From contig JALGTY010000003.1 in NCBI GenBank assembly GCA_029821145.1, forward strand, positions 1,682 to 50,756: a stretch of DNA of 49,075 nucleotides. Reading direction: 5' to 3'. The notes beneath the pieces were generated by a model. It ran no database searches, was not told the DNA's origin, and saw nothing but the letters and a program-made list of their open reading frames with translations. Below, one piece after another: positions 42,652 to 49,075 of this stretch. The DNA comes from Candidatus Zipacnadia bacterium (GTDB taxonomy: Bacteria > Armatimonadota > Zipacnadia > Zipacnadales > UBA11051). The position numbers and the translations under genes are program-made. Each line of letters begins with the position of its first letter. The first letter of the stretch is position 1.

Positions 42652-44187
42652 CTATTTGATGTCGCTGTAGGACTTCAACTCTTGTTTCAGTACCTTGCCG
42701 ATTGCTGACTTGGCCAACTCATCGGCGAGCCGGACCTGTTTGGGCACCTTGTACGGGGCCAGATGCTCGCGGCAGTGATCAATGACCTGCTGGGCGGTGC
42801 ACTCGGCGTGCTCCTTGACTACTACGTGGGCGGTGACCACTTCGCCGCGCAGTTCGCTGGGCGCACCGACAACGGCCACCTCCGCCACCTGTGGCATCCT
42901 GGCAATGCAGTCTTCCACCTCACGTGGATAGACGTTTATGCCCCCGACTATGATCAGGTCATTCTTGCGGTCCACGATATAGAGATAACCATCTTCGTCC
43001 AGCTTGCCGACATCGCCCGTACACAGCCAACTGTTCACCAGCGTCGCCTTGGTCAGGTCATCGGCGTTGTGATACCCAGCCATGACATTCGGCCCGCGCA
43101 CGCAGATCTCGCCGATGTCACCTGCGGGCAGCTCCACCATGTCATCATCAGCGATCATGATCTCCACGTCAGGCAGCGGCAGTCCGACGCTGCCGATCTT
43201 GCGCCGGCCATCAATCGGGTTGACACTGACCACCGGCGAAGCCTCCGTCGGACCGTAACCCTCGATTATGGGCGCACCATGGATCGCCTCGAAGCCGAGG
43301 CAGACTTCGTCCGGCAAAGCGGCGCCGCCACTGACGACAAAGCGCAAAGAGTTGAGGTCACAGGCGTTGGCGTCCTTGACCTGCATCATCAGTGCGTACA
43401 TGGTGGGCACGCCGGCGACCATAGTCGCACGGTGACGCTCGATCGCCTGGAGAGTATGCAGGGCCGAGAATCCTGGTAAGAGCACGTTGTGGCAGCCGCA
43501 AAACATGGGCAGAAGCATGGACACCGTGGCTCCGAAAGAATGAAACAGCGGCAGAGCGGTGACGAAAATGTCCTCCTCAGATATGCTGATGGCCTGCCGG
43601 CAAGCCTCGACATTGGCCAGGAGATTCCGGTGTGTCAGGACCGCGCCCTTGGGTCGCCCGGTGGTGCCGGAAGTGTAGATGATAACTGCGGGCGTCTCGG
43701 CGGCGATTGTAGCCGGTTCAGTCAAGGGGTCCGCGCTGGCCATAAGCTCGGCGAAGCTAACGGCGTCAGATCCCGGGGCATCAGCGCAGACGATAAGCGT
43801 TTCTACCGTGTCAGCTTGCTGCACCGCGGCGTGGGCGATAGGTGCCAATTCCTCGGCGACTACCATTGCATCGGCGCCGACGTCGCCAATAATATGGGCG
43901 ACCTCCTCGACACCCAGCAAAGAGGGCACCGGCACGACCGTGGCCCCGACATGGCTCACCGCCATGTAGGTGAGTACGAACTCGGGCGAATTCGGTATCA
44001 TGATAGCCAGACGGCTGCCCTCGCCGATGCCGAGTTTTCCGAGGCCGCCTGCCAGCCGAGCGATCTGCTGATGCAGCTCTTGGTAGGTGCTGGTCGCATC
44101 CCCAAAGGTAAGCGCCGGCCGGTCGGCCCAGCGAGCGGCTGCCCGCACGCCCGCCTCGGCAAGGGTGCTTGTGATGCTCGGCGACAT
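42652..44187 (-). CDS. long-chain-fatty-acid--CoA ligase / AMP-dependent synthetase
   Basis: 511-aa ORF with IIYTSGTTGRPKGAVLTHRNL, GYGPTE and GDVGKLDEDGYLYIVDRKND motifs. Confidence 0.9.
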   Translation of the reverse strand: MSPSITSTLAEAGVRAAARWADRPALTFGDATSTYQELHQQIARLAGGLGKLGIGEGSRLAIMIPNSPEFVLTYMAVSHVGATVVPVPSLLGVEEVAHIIGDVGADAMVVAEELAPIAHAAVQQADTVETLIVCADAPGSDAVSFAELMASADPLTEPATIAAETPAVIIYTSGTTGRPKGAVLTHRNLLANVEACRQAISISEEDIFVTALPLFHSFGATVSMLLPMFCGCHNVLLPGFSALHTLQAIERHRATMVAGVPTMYALMMQVKDANACDLNSLRFVVSGGAALPDEVCLGFEAIHGAPIIEGYGPTEASPVVSVNPIDGRRKIGSVGLPLPDVEIMIADDDMVELPAGDIGEICVRGPNVMAGYHNADDLTKATLVNSWLCTGDVGKLDEDGYLYIVDRKNDLIIVGGINVYPREVEDCIARMPQVAEVAVVGAPSELRGEVVTAHVVVKEHAECTAQQVIDHCREHLAPYKVPKQVRLADELAKSAIGKVLKQELKSYSDIK

Positions 44188-44451
44188 GCCCTTATCTCTC
44201 CACTTTCAGGGGTTGGCTGCTACAATAGGTGATGCGCAAGCGTCAGCTTGCCAGGAGGCGCTGGGGCTTACGCGCAAGAAAAGATCACCATGGCATCGGT
44301 CAAAGACAGGTGCAGAATACCACGCTGAGGCCCGACAGGTCAAGCTGGGGCGAGTTGGCGGGTGGCGGTAGCAGGAACACCGCCGTTGCCGTAAGGCTGC
44401 CCGAGTCCATTGTCGTTGTCGTAGGTGCCACAGCGCCCGGTCCACCGCCCT

Positions 44452-44484
44452 CCCCGCGTACCCCCCTACGGGGGGTACGCGGGG
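44452..44484. repeat. perfect 15-bp-stem inverted repeat (ccccgcgtacccccc-tac-ggggggtacgcgggg)
   Basis: Read directly. Arms are at 44452-44466 and 44470-44484. Confidence 0.9.
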
Positions 44485-44532
44485 ACCCACCAACCCACCT
44501 CGTCAAGAAAAGCCGATGCATGCTTAATTTTT

Positions 44533-44554
44533 TCTACTTTGCATGCAAAGTAGA
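44533..44554. repeat. perfect 22-bp palindrome tctactttgca|tgcaaagtaga in an AT-rich patch (possible operator)
   Basis: Read directly. It is flanked by ttaattttt on one side, and a second gcatgc lies at 44517-44522. Confidence 0.85.
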
Positions 44555-44815
44555 TTTCCTCGCCGCTAGCAACGAAGCGCGTAGCATCAGGGCTTCGTGG
44601 CGTTGGCGGTGGTTTACTGCTCTAGAGCAAATCGCCGAAAACGGCCGATTTGCCCCCGCTCAGTAAGGGCTTGCTGAGGGGGGGGGCAGGGGCGGTCTCG
44701 TCTGGGGAGGGGAAAATGCGTCATTGCCCCCTGCGTAACTGCTCAATTTGGGGGTTCAGAAGAGCGGGCAAGCAAGATAGCGGGTGGCGACGCGCCCCGA
44801 AAACCTTATCCTGGA

Positions 44816-44951
44816 GGACAGGCATCCCTGCCTGTCCATGCCGTTGCTCTTCAGAGAGGCCTCGACAGGCTAGGAAGCCTGTCGTCCAGGAAGGCTAGCA
44901 AAAAGGGCCGTGCCACTCTAAGAAAGCTGGAGGACAGGCATCTTAGCCTGT
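44816..44951. repeat. three spaced gacaggc-N4-6-gcctgtc hairpins (44816-44837, 44863-44884, 44934-44951)
   Basis: The hairpins read ggacaggc-atccct-gcctgtcc, cgacaggct-agga-agcctgtcg and acaggc-atctta-gcctgt. Two of them are preceded by ctggagg. Confidence 0.8.
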
Positions 44952-45006
44952 GCATTTGCTTTACGGGCCACAAGGTGAGTAATTGCCACCTGCATCCGGG
45001 CTCCTG

Positions 45007-45035
45007 TTGAGCGCGCGCATTTTGTGTGGTATATT
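45007..45035 (+). promoter_or_regulatory. candidate extended -10 promoter for rel
   Basis: TTGAGC (45007-45012), 17-nt spacer ending in TGG, TATATT (45030-45035), about 85 nt upstream of ATG 45119. Confidence 0.5.
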
Positions 45036-45118
45036 GACATCAACAAGATACTGACAACGGGCGTCTGTTCTGAGTGATCTGGCGTCAGGCGGCATTAGAA
45101 GTGCAACGAGATGGGAAT

Positions 45119-47311
45119 ATGCCAACTACCGTTGACCAGGTAATTCAACGGGTATCAGGCTACTGGCCGGGAGTGGATCGCAAGCTCCTGGTAGATGCCT
45201 ACGATTTCGCCGAGAAAGCGCACGCGGGGCAGAAGCGCCTGAGCGGGGATCCGTATATAGTCCACCCGCGCGAAGTCGGCGGCATCCTCGCCGACATCGA
45301 AAGTGACGAACTGTCCATCGCCGGCGGTTTCCTCCACGATACGGTCGAAGACACCGACATATCTACCGGCGATATCCAGGAGCGCTTCGGCGATACGGTC
45401 GCCGGGCTTGTCGAGGGCGTTACGAATCTGCGCAAGCTCGATTTCGCCTCGCACCGGGAAGAGCAGGCACGGAACTTGCGGAAGATGTTCTTGGCTATGG
45501 CTGAGGACATCCGTGTGATTCTCATCAAATTAAGCGACCGGCTGCACAATATGCGCACCCTGGATTACCTGCCGCCGGAGAATCGGCTGCGCACCGCCGA
45601 GGAGACGCTGCACATATTCGCGCCGCTGTGTCACCGCCTGGGGATTCAAAGGCTGAGGGCGGAGCTGGAAGACCTGGCGCTGCGGCACCTGGAGCCGCAG
45701 GAGTACCAGGAGATCGTGCACAAGATTGGCCGTACGCGGGAGGAGCGTCAAAGGGTCGTCGAACGGGCGCGCGCGGAGATGGAGCAGCAACTGGCCAAAG
45801 GCGGCATCGAGGCGACCGTGCAGGGCCGCGCTAAGCACATCTACAGCATTCACCAGAAGATGAAGAGACAGAGTATTGATTTCAGCCAGCTTCGGGACCT
45901 CAATGCCCTGCGCGTAATAGTGAATGATGTCGCGGAATGTTACACGGTGTTGGGCATCGTTCACGATCTGTGGGTGCCGGTACCCGACACCTTCGCCGAC
46001 CACATCGCCATGCCTAAGTCCAACAACTACCAGTCACTGCACACGACAGTGCTGGGGCCGGATCATTCGCCGATGGAGGTGCAGGTCCGGTCCTATGATA
46101 TGCACCGGACGGCGGAGTACGGTGTGGCCTCACACTGGCGCTACAAGGAGGGCGAGACCGACCGGCAGCTCGACGAGCAGGTGGCCTGGCTGCGTCAGGT
46201 GCTGGAACTGGAAACCGACCTGTCGGAAAGCCACGAGTTCCTGGAACTGCTGCAGGTGGACTTGTTCAGGGACCAGGTATTCGTGTTCACACCCGACGGT
46301 GATGTCATTGACCTGCCGCGTGGCGCCGGGCCACTGGACTTTGCCTACCGCATCCACACCGAGGTGGGGCACCAGTGCGTCGGAGCGGTCGTCAACGGCC
46401 AGCAGGTGGGGCTGGACTATGAATTCAAGAACGGGGACATCGCCAAGATCATCACTTCGTCCAGCGGCCAGCCTCGGCACGATTGGCTGCGGCTGGTGCA
46501 AAGCTCGCACGCGAAGGCGAAGGTGCGCCGCTACCTGCGCGAAAAGAGCCGCGAGGAGAATATCACCATCGGCAGCGAGCGGCTGCAGCGGGCCATCGCG
46601 CGTCTGAGTCCTGCGGAGAGGGGCAAGGCGCAAGAGGCTGACCGGGCCGAGGTCGCGGCCCATTTCGATTACCAGGACGAGGCGTCGCTGCTGGCGGCTA
46701 TCGGCTACGGCGTTGTCGAAGCGCAGACCGTAGTTGACTATATGCTGGAGAAAACGGCGAAGCCTGACAGCCTGGTCGAAGAGGCGCAGATGCTGCTGCC
46801 CACCGAGGTGTCGCCAGAGCAACTGACGCGAGCCACAGGACCGCTGCCGGTGTCTGCGGACGGCGTGGATGGGTTCTATTCGCGGATCTCCAAATGCTGC
46901 AGCCCGCTGCCTGGCGATCCGATACGCGGCTATATCACGCGTGGCTCGGGGTTGGCCATCCATCGCGCCGAGTGCAAGAATCTGGCCTATCGAGCGGCGT
47001 TGGAGCCGGAACGCATCGTGGAGCTGACCTGGTCATCGGAGGATGAAAGCACCGTCTTCCGCCAGGATATCGAGGTAGTGGCGGTTGATCGGGTGGGGCT
47101 GCTGTCGCACATCACCGCCATCATCAGTGACGCGGACATCAATATCGCCCTGGCGCGGGCGGAAAAAGCCGCCTCGCACCTGGCGCGGCTGGAGCTTACC
47201 CTGGAAATCAACCGCCGCCAGGACCTCGACCATGTGATCGAGCGTCTGGAGCAGCTCATTGACGTGGTCAACGTGCGCCTGCTCAGTGGCAAAGGCACGC
47301 CGGCCAGTTAG
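45119..47311 (+). CDS. rel: bifunctional (p)ppGpp synthetase/hydrolase (RelA/SpoT homologue, HD + synthetase + TGS + ACT)
   Basis: The HD motif is FLHDTVEDT. The synthetase region carries YQSLHTTV and ASHWRYKEG, TGS carries VFTPDGDVIDLPRGAGPLDFAY, and there is a C-terminal ACT domain. I prefer ATG 45119 (MPTTVDQV). The ORF track starts at GTG 45074. Confidence 0.95.
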   Translation: MPTTVDQVIQRVSGYWPGVDRKLLVDAYDFAEKAHAGQKRLSGDPYIVHPREVGGILADIESDELSIAGGFLHDTVEDTDISTGDIQERFGDTVAGLVEGVTNLRKLDFASHREEQARNLRKMFLAMAEDIRVILIKLSDRLHNMRTLDYLPPENRLRTAEETLHIFAPLCHRLGIQRLRAELEDLALRHLEPQEYQEIVHKIGRTREERQRVVERARAEMEQQLAKGGIEATVQGRAKHIYSIHQKMKRQSIDFSQLRDLNALRVIVNDVAECYTVLGIVHDLWVPVPDTFADHIAMPKSNNYQSLHTTVLGPDHSPMEVQVRSYDMHRTAEYGVASHWRYKEGETDRQLDEQVAWLRQVLELETDLSESHEFLELLQVDLFRDQVFVFTPDGDVIDLPRGAGPLDFAYRIHTEVGHQCVGAVVNGQQVGLDYEFKNGDIAKIITSSSGQPRHDWLRLVQSSHAKAKVRRYLREKSREENITIGSERLQRAIARLSPAERGKAQEADRAEVAAHFDYQDEASLLAAIGYGVVEAQTVVDYMLEKTAKPDSLVEEAQMLLPTEVSPEQLTRATGPLPVSADGVDGFYSRISKCCSPLPGDPIRGYITRGSGLAIHRAECKNLAYRAALEPERIVELTWSSEDESTVFRQDIEVVAVDRVGLLSHITAIISDADINIALARAEKAASHLARLELTLEINRRQDLDHVIERLEQLIDVVNVRLLSGKGTPAS

Positions 47312-47332
47312 CCGCGATGTGAGGGGTTGGCC

Positions 47333-48049
47333 TTAGCGCTCGTAGGTTATGCCGATGAACTGCGTGCGGCGGGAATCGGCAGTGGTATTGCCGAAAGTAA
47401 GCTGATAGGTCGCGCGCAGGCGATCTCCAATCTTGTAGCCCAGATCCGTGTCCACGTTGTAGCGGAACCTGTCGTCGCGATAGCGGACATCGCCGAGAAC
47501 GCCCAGCTCGCCCTGCGGATTGAGCCCCCACGACAGCTTGCCCCACTGCTTTTCGTAACTGACCAGTGCGCCGATGTCGCCAACCCAGGCTTCGGAGGTC
47601 TGGAGGTCCTTGGAGGCGCCGGCAGTGAGCTCGATGAAGCCCCGATTGTAGTTCTTGCGGTATCCGAAGGCGGCCAGTGTGTGCAACTGGTCAATGCCGT
47701 GATCGCCTTCAGTGGAGATGAGAAACAGCGGTCGCCATTCTGTCTCGGGGATATCCTTCCAGAGGTAGCGCCACCAGGTCTTGAGACGGTCGAACTTAGC
47801 GCCGTCGTCGGATTTGGTGTACCTGGAATTGACCTGCAGCGAGAATTGACGCGGCGTCGGGGTGAAGTCCCACGTTCCATCCATCGCCCACGCAGCGTCG
47901 GTGCTGCTGCCCGAGTCTCCACTCTTACTCGTTAAGCTAAGTGTGACCTTCAGCTTGTCTGTTTGCGCCGCGCCTGCACACGCGGCGAGGCACAAGCAGA
48001 GGCTCAAGGCCAACAAGGCGCAGTTCAGTCGGCAATTCAATAATACCAT
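47333..48049 (-). CDS. putative outer-membrane beta-barrel lipoprotein (DUF481/YdiY-like)
   Basis: 238-aa ORF with the lipobox LAAC, alternating beta-strand-like pattern, aromatic-rich strands, and a C-terminal ...FIGITYER. Confidence 0.45.
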   Translation of the reverse strand: MVLLNCRLNCALLALSLCLCLAACAGAAQTDKLKVTLSLTSKSGDSGSSTDAAWAMDGTWDFTPTPRQFSLQVNSRYTKSDDGAKFDRLKTWWRYLWKDIPETEWRPLFLISTEGDHGIDQLHTLAAFGYRKNYNRGFIELTAGASKDLQTSEAWVGDIGALVSYEKQWGKLSWGLNPQGELGVLGDVRYRDDRFRYNVDTDLGYKIGDRLRATYQLTFGNTTADSRRTQFIGITYER

Positions 48050-48073
48050 CTCCTAAGTTTGTCTGTTTTGGCG

Positions 48074-48125
48074 TCGGGCTGCCCTTCGACAAGCTCAGGG
48101 CCTACGGGAAGCCTGACCCACGCGA
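48074..48125 (+). repeat. modular interspersed repeat, copy 4 (two modules only)
   Basis: tcgggctgcccttcgacaagctcagggcc plus gggaagcctgacccacgcga match the corresponding modules of copy 1. Confidence 0.65.
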
Positions 48126-48147
48126 CAAGAGTGTGTAGGTGCCCGAC

Positions 48148-49053
48148 CTACGCCGAATCAGAATTGAGGTCGAAAGCACACATGCGGTAACCGGCCCATC
48201 TGCCGCTGTTGAGATCGAGCACATATTCGTGAATCTGCAGCCTGTCTTCGCTGAGTTCGTGCAAGTAGAAACAGAACGGCGACTCGATGAAGGAGCGGGC
48301 AGTGAAGTATGGCTGACCGTTGGCAATGTCCACGCGGCCACCGTGGTAATGGCCGCTCAGGACAGGCACCGGGCGGTCGTGGCTCTCGATTATCTTCATC
48401 GCCTCCGCCGCGGCCCGGTAGCTGTACCCGTCAAGGTCGGGTGGGTAGATGTAGAAGTGCACGAACACTGCGGCCGGTGCACCGTCGGCTTTGTCCAGTG
48501 TATTCTTCAATTCCTTCACGCCTGCCGCGAGGATCTCCTGATCCTCCTGCTGCTGCTCGCCCTCCTGGGGCTCCATGAGGCCGCTGTCGAGCACCACAAA
48601 ATGGCAGCCGTTGCAGGTGAAGCTGTAGATGGTTTGTCCGTAGAACTCCACATAGCGCTCGCGGGGGCGGTCGTGGTTGCCGAAGACAAAATGGACAGGC
48701 ACATCGTCTGAGCTGAACTCGGCCAGCAGCTTGCGGAAGCCGTGCTGGTTGACGAGGCCCTCCTCGTCCCAGCCGAGGTTGACCTGGTCGCCGGCATACA
48801 CAATGAAATCGGGCTGCAGGTCGGCATATATCTGCTCCAGAGCCATCGGCAGCATCGTGTCAATCAGCTCGGTCACGCGCGGCTGGTCAGGGAGTTCTTC
48901 GACTAATTGCGGCCACTGCAGCCTCGGATGCGGCGGGACCACGTAATGCACATCCGCAAGCAGCACGAACCGGCAGCTCGGTTTTCCGTTGTTCATCGCT
49001 CCGTCTAATCCAATCTCCAGTATGTGATGCCGTTTTCCACGGGCTCCGGCCAT
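48148..49053 (-). CDS. calcineurin-like metallophosphoesterase
   Basis: LLADVHYV, AGDQVNLG, FGNHD, VFVHFY and SGHYHGG motifs. ATG 48996 (MNNGKPSC...) is an alternative start. Confidence 0.8.
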   Translation of the reverse strand: MAGARGKRHHILEIGLDGAMNNGKPSCRFVLLADVHYVVPPHPRLQWPQLVEELPDQPRVTELIDTMLPMALEQIYADLQPDFIVYAGDQVNLGWDEEGLVNQHGFRKLLAEFSSDDVPVHFVFGNHDRPRERYVEFYGQTIYSFTCNGCHFVVLDSGLMEPQEGEQQQEDQEILAAGVKELKNTLDKADGAPAAVFVHFYIYPPDLDGYSYRAAAEAMKIIESHDRPVPVLSGHYHGGRVDIANGQPYFTARSFIESPFCFYLHELSEDRLQIHEYVLDLNSGRWAGYRMCAFDLNSDSA

Positions 49054-49075
49054 TCGGACTTGGGATGGTTCTGTA

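Noticed and set aside
44206-44898. ORFs of 73-145 aa in the 930-bp spacer (44229-44666 +, 44206-44493 -, 44300-44521 -, 44650-44898 +).
   Set aside because: All traverse perfect hairpins or repeats, lack ribosome-binding sites, and have Arg/Gly/Pro-rich composition.
46130-46963. 277-aa ORF antisense to rel.
   Set aside because: It is a shadow ORF within a well-supported RelA/SpoT gene.

Overview
A 49-kb, GC-rich (by eye) chromosomal segment. It looks like a diderm, LPS-making bacterium: it carries Kdo and heptose precursor genes, a LapA-like protein and an outer-membrane-type lipoprotein. All homology calls come from motif recognition by eye, not from searches.

Layout:
- **239-17268, minus strand:** UbiA-type transferase, lysS, an acyl-ACP-reductase-like gene pair, dus, coaX, a metallophosphoesterase, kdsD-kdsA-kdsB-hldC, mreD-mreC-mreB, maf, an ABC1 kinase, an AmmeMemoRadiSam-type radical SAM gene and one unknown gene.
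- **17.4-39.4 kb, plus strand:** a seven-tRNA operon (Pro-Gly-Arg-His-Arg-Lys-Leu), tig-clpP-clpX and a threonine catabolism cluster (ltaE-tdh-kbl). A looser, accessory-looking stretch follows at 27-33.5 kb. It holds an RNase-H-fold exonuclease coupled to an MFS transporter, RNase HI overlapping a CX5R phosphatase, an orphan promoter/terminator RNA unit, a protein of four tandem FGSW..AAGLD repeats, and a DUF151-type nuclease. After that come UPF0182 and a HAD plus AIR-synthase-like pair.
- **39.4-49.1 kb, mixed strands:** an M16 peptidase pair, an acyl-CoA ligase, rel/spoT, an outer-membrane lipoprotein and a third metallophosphoesterase.

Nearly every intergenic gap longer than about 150 bp is filled with short GC-rich hairpins and modular repeats that recur between loci. 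I found no CRISPR array, transposase, integrase or recognisable defence or toxin system, and I cannot point to one clear-cut novel multi-gene system.

Best candidates for follow-up:
1. The promoter / G-rich leader / terminator unit at 31.70-31.93 kb, together with the four-repeat protein it precedes.
2. The RNase HI and Cys-phosphatase overlapping pair.
3. The frame-disrupted, orphan AmmeMemoRadiSam radical SAM gene.
4. The Aar-like reductase pair that lacks an aldehyde-deformylating oxygenase.
5. A metallophosphoesterase sitting where KdsC would be expected.
6. The modular interspersed repeat family, one copy of which supplies a gene's stop codon.
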